64,000 bases of DNA, taken from the IMG/VR virus record IMGVR_UViG_3300025133_000023; one strand, written 5' to 3'. Positions within the stretch are counted from its first letter, which is position 1. Every line of letters starts with the position of its first letter. The position numbers were made by a program, and so were the translations under genes. The DNA comes from a virus. Shown here one piece after another: positions 27,960 through 36,287 of this stretch. The notes below the pieces were generated by a model. It searched no databases, was not told the origin of the DNA, and saw only the letters and a program-made list of their open reading frames with translations.

Positions 27960-28145
27960 ATGTTATTCATGACTTTAGATAAACCAACCTCTCCTTCAAT
28001 CAGGCTACGATGGGGCCGCTTTGATTGGTGGGAGAACGATAAGATTGTATGGCACATTCCTTTGAATGAACATGGAGTCATATGCTTTAAAAACATCCAT
28101 CTCAACTACGCAAAATATCGGTTGGTACTGGCCATATATAAATGA
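27960..28145 (+). CDS. Small ORF array member C
   Basis: 61 aa, begins MLFMTL; contains WGRFDW and VICFK; AAGGA upstream. Confidence 0.6.
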   Translation: MLFMTLDKPTSPSIRLRWGRFDWWENDKIVWHIPLNEHGVICFKNIHLNYAKYRLVLAIYK

Positions 28146-28366
28146 TCTTACTGACTTGTGGGCGACCAATTTATACCCCGGCAAAGCTGGGTAAATTCAC
28201 CTTTTACCCTGGCACAGCTAAGCCTCGTGAGTTCATCCACCGCTTTAGATTCAAGACAGATGTGTGCTTCGAGATCAATTCCTGTAAAGACATTGTCTAT
28301 GATCAACACATCTTCACTTTTACCCGGCATTTGCATCTACGCTGCGTGAATGATCTTCCTATCTAA
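28142..28366 (+). CDS. Small ORF array member D
   Basis: 74 aa, begins MILLTC; contains LGKFTF, DVCFE and RHLHL; ATGA overlap. Confidence 0.6.
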   Translation: MILLTCGRPIYTPAKLGKFTFYPGTAKPREFIHRFRFKTDVCFEINSCKDIVYDQHIFTFTRHLHLRCVNDLPI

Positions 28367-28565
28367 CACACTTAAGCGCGCGCCGACGTTAGTCGGACGC
28401 TACACTTGGGCCTCAGGCTCATCTAGAGTTACGACTCACCACTTCAAGGCTCATGAGCACTGCATCTGCTGGGATATAGAGACTGAGGTTCAGATCGCAA
28501 TAACCCTGGGTGCTCTTGTGCTTACTAAGCATCTTCACTTCTACCTAGGAGCCATCAATGATTGA
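28350..28565 (+). CDS. Small ORF array member E
   Basis: 71 aa, begins MIFLSN; contains VGRYTW, CICWD and KHLHF. Confidence 0.6.
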   Translation: MIFLSNTLKRAPTLVGRYTWASGSSRVTTHHFKAHEHCICWDIETEVQIAITLGALVLTKHLHFYLGAIND

Positions 28566-29046
28566 TTTATATACTTCCGAAGGTTACTTTACGCAGACTC
28601 GACGAGTCCTTGATCTACTATCAAAAGGAAACACCGAAGAGCTCGCGAACTTTGAGCTAAGCCCTCTCAATCACCCCTATTGGTCTCCATACTTCCTTCC
28701 ATTTGAGGATGAAGTCTATGCCATCAATTTTGCCAAGACTCACACCTATATTATCCTCGAAGAGACTGGTGAATTTACTTGGGCTCAAGCGCTTTGGGAA
28801 CATGAACTCCCCACACGCAAAAAAGCTCCCCGTACCCACGAGGAGCCTTGCTTTTTGTGCATGCCAGGGCTTACGGTCTGGTCGAACCGATGGGTTGCTT
28901 CAGACCCCGATCAGTGTGCCTGGTACATAGGGATAAAGATTATGTCCGATGATAACTTTCTAGAATCGCGAGGCGTGCCTCTGTACCCGTTAGGCGTACA
29001 GAATGCTCTGCTACCTCCGTCTGCCGTAGCAAACCTAGTTGGGTAA
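28558..29046 (+). CDS. Hypothetical protein, last gene of the + strand arm
   Basis: GGAG SD; the 3' end overlaps a convergent - strand gene. Confidence 0.55.
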   Translation: MIDLYTSEGYFTQTRRVLDLLSKGNTEELANFELSPLNHPYWSPYFLPFEDEVYAINFAKTHTYIILEETGEFTWAQALWEHELPTRKKAPRTHEEPCFLCMPGLTVWSNRWVASDPDQCAWYIGIKIMSDDNFLESRGVPLYPLGVQNALLPPSAVANLVG

Positions 29047-29155
29047 CTTGGTCTACTGTTACGAACTTCGTGATAGCAGTGAGAATGCTATTTACAGCAG
29101 ACTCTAGAGCCCTGACTCGTCTTTCTAAGTCTAGGTATTCATTAGTGGTTGGCAT
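28940..29155 (-). CDS. Small coiled-coil protein, last gene of the - strand arm
   Basis: LDLERRVRALESAVNSIL heptads; starts immediately after the upstream stop. Confidence 0.65.
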   Translation of the reverse strand: MPTTNEYLDLERRVRALESAVNSILTAITKFVTVDQVTQLGLLRQTEVAEHSVRLTGTEARLAILESYHRT

Positions 29156-29461
29156 TTATAGTAGGTCTCCATCGATCTCCTCTTCAGTGATCGTTATTGT
29201 TGCGCCTTGAGCATCAAGGTCGGCGTTGTATTGATGGTCAGGAAGGAAGCTGGTATGCTTTTCAACAACATTAGCTCCAAAATAAGCAGCCCATAAAAGG
29301 GTAAGCACGGCAGCCCAAGTAGATTCCCCAATCAATACCCAAGTAAAGTTAACACCCAAAGCAACAGCACTAGCACTGGCTAACGTAGGAGCAATAAGCA
29401 TAGCAGTAGCAAGGCTAGTTAAAAGCCAAGCTGCTCTAAGCTTTCTATTCCCTCGTTTCAT
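29156..29461 (-). CDS. Holin-like membrane protein
   Basis: Basic N-terminus, two or three hydrophobic segments and an acidic C-tail. Confidence 0.55.
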   Translation of the reverse strand: MKRGNRKLRAAWLLTSLATAMLIAPTLASASAVALGVNFTWVLIGESTWAAVLTLLWAAYFGANVVEKHTSFLPDHQYNADLDAQGATITITEEEIDGDLL

Positions 29462-29463
29462 AG

Positions 29464-29793
29464 TTAAGATCTATCGTGTTGGTCCTTCATCATCTGCTTA
29501 AGCTCAAGGAGCGTAGCTTCAATGTGAACAAGCCGAGAACTCACCTCTACAAAGGCTTCCTTTTTAACAGTGTGTTCTTCTAGGTTGGTAAACTTTAATT
29601 CAAGTGCCTGAATCTTTAGATTTATCTTATTGTGAGTAGTAGTAGCATCCTTTTCATGCTTGTCTAGCTGTGTCTCAACAATAGCGTCCATGTCTGCCGT
29701 AAAGCTTGACTTAAGCCTGTAGTAGATTGTAAGCAAGCCGCCAAACAGTCCGACAAGACCAATAGCGCTAGTTCCGATTGTAATAGGCTCCAT
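29464..29793 (-). CDS. Single-TM plus coiled-coil protein (holin/lysis accessory-like)
   Basis: IGLVGLFGGLLTIYY followed by a long amphipathic coil. Confidence 0.5.
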   Translation of the reverse strand: MEPITIGTSAIGLVGLFGGLLTIYYRLKSSFTADMDAIVETQLDKHEKDATTTHNKINLKIQALELKFTNLEEHTVKKEAFVEVSSRLVHIEATLLELKQMMKDQHDRS

Positions 29794-29816
29794 CTAGTAT
29801 CCCCTCTGTAAGACGA

Positions 29817-30137
29817 TCAAGACCAACTCGAACCACATCTGCATGTTGTTTTCGCATTAGGGTTATTAAATTGAAACCCCTTACTGAAGGGCTCATCAAT
29901 GTAATCAATCTCAGTGTCCTCTAACAAAGCATATGAATGACTATCCACACACACCGTCAGATCCCCGGCACTAAAGACTATATCCTCTTCGTCTGGCTCA
30001 TCAAAATCTAATGCATAACTATATCCAGAACATCCACCACCCCTTACGGCTACCCGTAGGGCTTTCCCTTGGCATTCAGAATCTTCTTGCATTGTCTGTA
30101 AGATTGTTGTCGTTGCTATTTGAGTTAGGCTTATCAT
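29817..30137 (-). CDS. iscA: A-type Fe-S carrier (IscA/ErpA/HesB family)
   Basis: LRVAVRGGGCSGYSY and FQFNNPNAKTTCRCGSSW (three conserved Cys). Confidence 0.92.
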   Translation of the reverse strand: MISLTQIATTTILQTMQEDSECQGKALRVAVRGGGCSGYSYALDFDEPDEEDIVFSAGDLTVCVDSHSYALLEDTEIDYIDEPFSKGFQFNNPNAKTTCRCGSSWS

Positions 30138-30143
30138 ATAATT

Positions 30144-31301
30144 TTATTCCTTAAGTAGGCGAGAAAGCTCTTCTAGTCTTTTTTCTGGACGTTTTAAGCC
30201 AGCTACTACCGTATAGACACGAAGCTTGCCCCTACCAGATTCATAGATTCCTCTGTGAACAAGCGCATCTCCGACAATATTAGCAGTCGTGTCGAAGCCA
30301 AATTCAATAGCATCCATTAATCCCTCAACTTCTGCGAAAAGATCTCTACCTCCGACGACTACAGTAGCTACGCCCTCAGCCGTACTAAGGTCAAAGCCTC
30401 CTGCAAGCAAAGTCTTTCCAAGGTTATCCTTCAGTGCCTTACTAATAGAGGTATGAGAAGATACATCCCTTACGGTAGTAATGCCTAATAGCATACAACC
30501 ACTTAGGGAGAGTAGGGAGTCGAAATCAGCAGGATCAAAAGACGTGTACTCACTGTTCTTGATTGTAATAACGTTAAGTGTATGGAAAAGTCCAGCCACA
30601 GTGTTATTGACGGTCGGCCAGAACTGCTTGACTGTCATACGAGGATAAAGCTTCTTAATCTTATCGTTATCAACAATTAATAGTGGAGCAATCTGACCTA
30701 CTTCTGCCATAGTGCACAGATCAGTCACTAGATTCTTAGCATTCTGAGCTACTCTAGGAGAGGCACACTCTCCTGAGGTTGGTAGAGCAATCACTACGCC
30801 AGTTCTTCGTTCAGCATCAACATGACCAATATAGCGTAAATATCTCTGAGCCAGGTCGATCAAAACTTTACAAGATCCACCGCCAGATCCACCGCCTGCT
30901 CCAGCAGCCACGAAGATCCTATCAACCTTACCGAAGGTCTTAAGCATTAGGTTGTAGATGTCCTGATCACAGGATTCAGCGGCCAGTCGACCAGCTTCCA
31001 TGTTCTTTCCAGCACCCTTCAAGTCACCACCTAGATGAACCTTCTGATTCTCTGGTAGCTGTATGTGATGAAGGTCGTGCTTAGCTGTGTTGACTACAAG
31101 AGCTTTCTTATATCCAAGCTTATAGAAAGCCTCTACTAAGCGACTACCACCCTGGCCACCACCTAGGAAGGCAATTTCAATAGAGCCACCATGAGTAGAC
31201 TCAAGACCGATGTCCTCATCTTCAGGGATTTCAAAATCTTCAATAGGAAGATCAGGAATACCTAAATCAAAGTCATCTTCTTCGTTAAATTCTTCAGTCA
31301 T
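30144..31301 (-). CDS. FtsZ/tubulin-family GTPase (non-canonical; TubZ/CetZ/PhuZ-like)
   Basis: LGGGQGGSRL (T1), VVNTAKHD, GAGKNMEAGR, AGAGGGSGGG (tubulin signature variant) and SFDPADF (T7 loop). Confidence 0.88.
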   Translation of the reverse strand: MTEEFNEEDDFDLGIPDLPIEDFEIPEDEDIGLESTHGGSIEIAFLGGGQGGSRLVEAFYKLGYKKALVVNTAKHDLHHIQLPENQKVHLGGDLKGAGKNMEAGRLAAESCDQDIYNLMLKTFGKVDRIFVAAGAGGGSGGGSCKVLIDLAQRYLRYIGHVDAERRTGVVIALPTSGECASPRVAQNAKNLVTDLCTMAEVGQIAPLLIVDNDKIKKLYPRMTVKQFWPTVNNTVAGLFHTLNVITIKNSEYTSFDPADFDSLLSLSGCMLLGITTVRDVSSHTSISKALKDNLGKTLLAGGFDLSTAEGVATVVVGGRDLFAEVEGLMDAIEFGFDTTANIVGDALVHRGIYESGRGKLRVYTVVAGLKRPEKRLEELSRLLKE

Positions 31302-31340
31302 AGTAGTGACTCCTTTTTGTAGAGTAGAGTAGAGCTCTTA

Positions 31341-32315
31341 TTATACCAGATCAGTCTCTATCATCATCTTTACTAAGTCGTCAACGGTGTGCGTTGCCTC
31401 CCAGCCTAGTACCTGGTTAATTTTAGTTGGATTGCCTAACAGATTGGGGACTTCAGATGGCCTCATGAAACGTGGATCGTAATCCACATACTTTTCCCAG
31501 GCCGAATCGTCCAATCCAGCGGATCGAATTGCACTGCGTAGGAAGTCTCGAACTGAGATGGACTTGCCTGTAGCAACAATGAACTCGTCTGGCTCATCTG
31601 CATCCAGCATAAGATCCATAGCCTGCACATAATCTCCAGCGAAACCCCAATCTCTTCGGGCGTCAATGTTTCCAAGGCTGATTGTTTCCGCCTTTCCCTG
31701 TGCGATTGCAGAAATTCCAAGAGTAATTTTTCTTGTAACGAAGTCGCTCCCACGACGAGGTGACTCATGATTGAAGAGAATCCCGTTGCAGGCAAAAAGA
31801 CCATACGCTTCGCGGTAGTTTTTAACAGCCCAGTAGGCTGCAAGCTTAGCAACACCATAGGGACTCCTAGGGTAAAGAGGACTGTCTTCAGTGTAGCCAG
31901 TAGAGGGACAGTCAAGTCCACCAAATAGCTCACTAGTAGATGCCTGGTAGAACCTAGTCTCGGGAGAGTTCCTCCGAATGGAATCCAAGACTACAATGAC
32001 CGCTCTAGCATCTGTATCAAAAGTCTCTAAGGGTTCCTTAAAGGATTGCCCAACGTGAGATTGAGCAGCTAGATTGAAGTACTTCTCAGGCTTATACTCT
32101 TGAACTATCCAGTTGATAAATGAGGCGTCCTTTATGTCTCCAAAGCAGGAGATGAAGGATGGGTGATCAGCAAAAAGGGTTGTATTTTCCCCCAGCCCAA
32201 CCCGGGTACTTTTTCTCCTGTCGATCCCGACGACCGTATAGCCCTTGGCTAGAAGATGCTCGGCCAAATACGACCCGTCCTGACCCGAAATGCCTGTTAT
32301 CACAGCTGTTTTCAT
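31341..32315 (-). CDS. gmd: GDP-mannose 4,6-dehydratase; an in-frame upstream start at 32474 adds 53 aa
   Basis: TGISGQDGSYLAE, NLAAQSHV, YQASTSELFG, SPYGVAK, LFNHESPRRG and RDWG; AAGGAG upstream of ATG 32315. Confidence 0.95.
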   Translation of the reverse strand: MKTAVITGISGQDGSYLAEHLLAKGYTVVGIDRRKSTRVGLGENTTLFADHPSFISCFGDIKDASFINWIVQEYKPEKYFNLAAQSHVGQSFKEPLETFDTDARAVIVVLDSIRRNSPETRFYQASTSELFGGLDCPSTGYTEDSPLYPRSPYGVAKLAAYWAVKNYREAYGLFACNGILFNHESPRRGSDFVTRKITLGISAIAQGKAETISLGNIDARRDWGFAGDYVQAMDLMLDADEPDEFIVATGKSISVRDFLRSAIRSAGLDDSAWEKYVDYDPRFMRPSEVPNLLGNPTKINQVLGWEATHTVDDLVKMMIETDLV

Positions 32316-32473
32316 TTTAATCTCCTTAGCAAGTAACCAAGCCTTAAACTCCTCTAAGCCAGAGCATCGCTTTCGAGAGAAATGAACACTAAGCCCCTGG
32401 AAAGTAGTGAAATGCTTGCCACAACAATCAAAACCATCCTGTCCACTGACTCCAGTTACTATTGCTGTCTTCA

Positions 32474-33583
32474 TTACTGACTCCTGTACGCTTCTACGGC
32501 TGCAATGACTTCATCAACCTGTTCATTGGTCATTGTTGGGAACACAGGCAGACTAAGGAGACGATCACAAAGATCTCGGGCCACCCTGAATCCTCCCTTA
32601 TCCTTTGTAAGATAGGGAGTAGAGTCAGTGATAATCGATGGATAGTGTAAACCACAAGCAACACCAGCCTCACCTAGCCAAGCCATAAGGGCCTCTCTAT
32701 CCTCCTTACTATCACACTTATACTCATACAAGTGAAAGACAGGAACAGCTATTGGATCAATGAATGGAGCCCTATTCCCAAAGGCTTTATCATAACGCGC
32801 AGCAACCTCTCGTCGCCTAGCATTCCATGAATCCAAAGACTTAAGTGCATGTCTGAGCTGAGCAGCATGAATAGAGTCCAAGCGATGGTTATGTCCAATA
32901 ATTACATGATCATATTTTGAAGCGCTTCCTTGGTTAATGATTTGTCGAGCAACTTCAGCCAAACCAGGGCTTTTGGTAATAATTGCTCCACCCTGTCCAC
33001 AGGTTCCTAAATTCTTAGCCGGGTAAAAGGACGTACAAGCTATATCACTTAACTCACCCACCCCATAGCCCCCAGACCGGGCTCCAATCGCCTGTGCAGC
33101 ATCTTCAATAAGAGCGACGCCGTAGTCCTTGGCTAGCTCTGCAAAGAGCTTCATATCAACCATCTGTCCATATAGATGAACGGGCATGATGGCCTTAATA
33201 CTCTTCGCATCCTGTTTAGATAGTTCCTTGATACACCCATCAACACTCATTAGGTAGGTAGACGGATCTACATCCACAAACACAGGCGTAGCACCTGCTG
33301 CGGTAATAGCAAAGGCGCTTGCAATGAAAGTGTTAACGGGAACAAGAACTCTATCCCCAGGCCCAATCTCCAAGGCGCGTAGAGCAACCTCTAGAGCTGA
33401 TGTTCCACTACTACAACCAATAGCAAAATCTACACCCATGTATTCGGCAAACTCTTCTTCAAACTTATTCAAAAACGGACCACCAACAACCCACCACGAT
33501 CGAAGCACTTCTAGTACATCGTTTTCGATAGCTTGCTGAATGGGGAGATACTGACCCTTAAGGTCAACGAAGGGAACTGTCAT
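32474..33583 (-). CDS. DegT/DnrJ/EryC1/StrS PLP sugar aminotransferase (WbpE/GnnB/perosamine synthase-like)
   Basis: VPFVDLKGQY, SSGTSAL, PVHLYGQ, IEDAAQAIGA and SFYPAKNLG (PLP Lys). Confidence 0.95.
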   Translation of the reverse strand: MTVPFVDLKGQYLPIQQAIENDVLEVLRSWWVVGGPFLNKFEEEFAEYMGVDFAIGCSSGTSALEVALRALEIGPGDRVLVPVNTFIASAFAITAAGATPVFVDVDPSTYLMSVDGCIKELSKQDAKSIKAIMPVHLYGQMVDMKLFAELAKDYGVALIEDAAQAIGARSGGYGVGELSDIACTSFYPAKNLGTCGQGGAIITKSPGLAEVARQIINQGSASKYDHVIIGHNHRLDSIHAAQLRHALKSLDSWNARRREVAARYDKAFGNRAPFIDPIAVPVFHLYEYKCDSKEDREALMAWLGEAGVACGLHYPSIITDSTPYLTKDKGGFRVARDLCDRLLSLPVFPTMTNEQVDEVIAAVEAYRSQ

Positions 33584-33770
33584 TATAATAATTCCTTAAT
33601 ATGATACGAACCTTCTCGATAAGCTCTAAGTTAGCCCAAAGCTTACCTTTGGTTGCATCAATTGCTAATTGATTAAAAGGTCCTCTCAAGGGCAAGTTAT
33701 GTCTTAGATACTTGCAAGCCATATCGGCAAACTCAACCAGCAGAGCAATTTCTTCAGGAGTGAGTTCCAA
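33564..33770 (-). CDS. Hypothetical protein
   Basis: 68-aa ORF packed within the sugar operon. Confidence 0.55.
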   Translation of the reverse strand: MELTPEEIALLVEFADMACKYLRHNLPLRGPFNQLAIDATKGKLWANLELIEKVRIILRNYYNDSSLR

Positions 33771-33778
33771 AACTAATA

Positions 33779-34549
33779 CTACTTCTTATAGTCCCCAGTT
33801 CTTCCGGGGAGATTTCCGTAAAGGCCGAACTCATATCTAAAGTCCTCCGGCCAATACTCTCGATCAAGCATCCATGTTTGTGCATCGGTTGAATGTTTAA
33901 AGTTTCGAGGGATAGGTGCTAATTCCATACCAGGACCTGGTCTACATTTCTTGGGACCAAAGCCATGATGGTAATGAACTAAATAATCATCAACAACATG
34001 GGCAGGAATGGTTTCCCCATCTCCCATATCTGATGTTGGTAGGCAATGCCTATTAATTCCATCTGGAAATCTTACACCATTGTAGGCAGTCCTATCAAAT
34101 AATCTAAGCTGTGAATCTGGAAACCAAGTAGGAGCATAAGCCTTTCTTGAAAACAATGAATATCTAGGAAAACGATAAGCTGAAGATAACCCACTTAGGG
34201 CTAGGGTGGAAAGGTTTGCGCTATCACTAAGGCATTCGTCAGCACCTAGGAGAAAAACCCAATCAGTGGAAGACATATCTATAAGAAGATTTAATCGACC
34301 TGACTGATCCCAACTGTCATCATACATCCGGCGTACCTTTTGCGGCTTACTTATGTAGGTTACCCGAGAATCTTTCTCTGCAACTTCAGCTAGATATTTT
34401 TCTGTTCCATCTGTACTACCGCCATCCAAAACTATTACATGGTGACAATGCCTTGTAGCATTATGTAATGATGCCCTAATATAAAACATCTCATTCAACG
34501 TCAAAACTAGACCTGTAATTTTCATACTTGAGCCTCTAATATAGCCCAC
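33779..34549 (-). CDS. Glycosyltransferase family 2 (GT-A)
   Basis: VLTLNE, VLDGGSTDGT, DWVFLLGADE and WFPDSQLRLF. Confidence 0.85.
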   Translation of the reverse strand: MGYIRGSSMKITGLVLTLNEMFYIRASLHNATRHCHHVIVLDGGSTDGTEKYLAEVAEKDSRVTYISKPQKVRRMYDDSWDQSGRLNLLIDMSSTDWVFLLGADECLSDSANLSTLALSGLSSAYRFPRYSLFSRKAYAPTWFPDSQLRLFDRTAYNGVRFPDGINRHCLPTSDMGDGETIPAHVVDDYLVHYHHGFGPKKCRPGPGMELAPIPRNFKHSTDAQTWMLDREYWPEDFRYEFGLYGNLPGRTGDYKK

Positions 34550-35361
34550 TCTTTGGGATGAGGGTTAATAGGAAACCACAAATCTTGAAAATGATTAGGG
34601 TGTCGTCCGTTGTATCTTTTAAGATTAGGTAAGCTTTTCTTCATCTCGTAGTCGAACTCATTAAACTTTTCAGGAAGCTCTACTTCAAATTCTTTATCGT
34701 TCGTATACCAAGCCTTTCCTAGGATGCGTCTCATTCCCATAGCGCGAGCTGACCGTACCCATCCATAGTGCCAAAGTGGAATAGATAGGCTAAGCATTTC
34801 TTTACCCCCATAGTTATGAAGAGTAATCTCTTTTCCGTTAACCCTTCCAACTACATCACAAACAGGTCTACGGTTATCGTCTGTGCGGAAGTTCTTAACA
34901 GCAAAACCACTAGAACGATGACCTATTCGACAGTGACGCTTATAGAATGCAGGCCCCTGTGCAATATAGCGAGGCGTCCCATAAAAATGAGTAACCGGAA
35001 GGGAGGCAAATTGTGTTCCCCCTTTTCCCAACTGGTCTTTAAGGGTAGCCATGTGGTCTTCATGAATACCCTCGTCAGCATCCACAGCAAAAACCCAATC
35101 ACAGGAACTCATCTGGAAGGCTACATCCCAGGCCTTCTCTTGCCAGTGACGATTAAATTCAAATCCATATACCTTATAGCGAATGCGTCCTCGATACTTT
35201 GCTGCCAAATCTTCAACAATACCAACAGTATTATCTTGTGATAGGCCGACACTAATAGAAACCTCATCACAACCAACCAAGGCTTGCTCAATAGCAGCCT
35301 CCAGCCCGTAGTCCATAATTTCTACGTTCCGGGCTTTCATAATAGCTGTGATAGAAGTCAT
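34522..35361 (-). CDS. Glycosyltransferase family 2-like (GT-A)
   Basis: SQDNT, DWVFAVDADE (DxD) and LWHYGWV. Confidence 0.8.
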   Translation of the reverse strand: MTSITAIMKARNVEIMDYGLEAAIEQALVGCDEVSISVGLSQDNTVGIVEDLAAKYRGRIRYKVYGFEFNRHWQEKAWDVAFQMSSCDWVFAVDADEGIHEDHMATLKDQLGKGGTQFASLPVTHFYGTPRYIAQGPAFYKRHCRIGHRSSGFAVKNFRTDDNRRPVCDVVGRVNGKEITLHNYGGKEMLSLSIPLWHYGWVRSARAMGMRRILGKAWYTNDKEFEVELPEKFNEFDYEMKKSLPNLKRYNGRHPNHFQDLWFPINPHPKEWAILEAQV

Positions 35362-35363
35362 AA

Positions 35364-36287
35364 TTAGATAGCACTCACTACAGCATATCCATGCTCAAAA
35401 CTAATTCGGTTTACTTCCTCAGGATTAATCCCTGCAACTAGACTTAACCAAAAATCTAATTCGGCCCTGAGTGGCTCGGAGTGATCTTTTACTTCAAGAA
35501 CCTTAAGAATACCAGGCTTATTTTCACCAATAATTCGTTGATCCCAGAAGGCTAACTCCTTAGGCTTAGACATGTCATACTCTATGATACCATCAGTTCC
35601 TAGAATACTTATTTTTCTTACCTTTTCAGTATGAGCCCAACTGTAGTTAACAAGGGCATCAACCCCTGACGCCAGCCTATACAGAGAAGAGCCGGCCACC
35701 GAGATAGACTCATTGTCTAGCGATGTTCTTGACAAAAGAACAGGGTTATCTCCTGTAAGGTACTGGATAATACTAAGGTCATGAGGCAAGAGGTCTAGCT
35801 CTACACCACACTCTTGAAACTTACCCCAGTTAAGACGACTAATATTAATAGCCTTAACCTTTCCTACCTTTCCACTATCTATAAGCCTTTTAAGCTCAAG
35901 GATCTCAGGACTGAAAACGAAAATATGACCAACACAACAAGTAAGGTGACTAAAGGTTCGACTTAAAGAAAGCAACTGACTAGCATCACTATCAGACGCA
36001 GCAAGAGGCTTCTCTACAAAAATATGTTTACCCGCCATTAAGCAAAGCCTAGCGATAGCTAGGTGTGTGGACGGAGGGGTAACAATAGCTACAGCATTAA
36101 CCGTATTGTCACTAAGGATTGTTTCAATAGAAGCAACCTCCACCCCTGGATATTTGTCAGCCTGAGCTTGGGCTAGATCTGGGTCCAGATCGCATACATA
36201 CTTAAGGTCAGATATAGTGTTAAGGTTTCGAGTAATGTTGGGGCCCCAATAGCCACAACCAATAACAGCAGTCCCTAGGTTTTTCAT
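35364..36287 (-). CDS. Gfo/Idh/MocA NAD-dependent oxidoreductase (WbpB/GnnA-like)
   Basis: IGCGYWGPNITRN, HIFVEKPLA, VGHIFVFSP and DLLPHD. Confidence 0.92.
   Translation of the reverse strand: MKNLGTAVIGCGYWGPNITRNLNTISDLKYVCDLDPDLAQAQADKYPGVEVASIETILSDNTVNAVAIVTPPSTHLAIARLCLMAGKHIFVEKPLAASDSDASQLLSLSRTFSHLTCCVGHIFVFSPEILELKRLIDSGKVGKVKAINISRLNWGKFQECGVELDLLPHDLSIIQYLTGDNPVLLSRTSLDNESISVAGSSLYRLASGVDALVNYSWAHTEKVRKISILGTDGIIEYDMSKPKELAFWDQRIIGENKPGILKVLEVKDHSEPLRAELDFWLSLVAGINPEEVNRISFEHGYAVVSAI

Noticed and set aside
31319-31334. (GTAGA)x3 tandem repeat upstream of the tubulin gene
   Set aside because: Too short to interpret.
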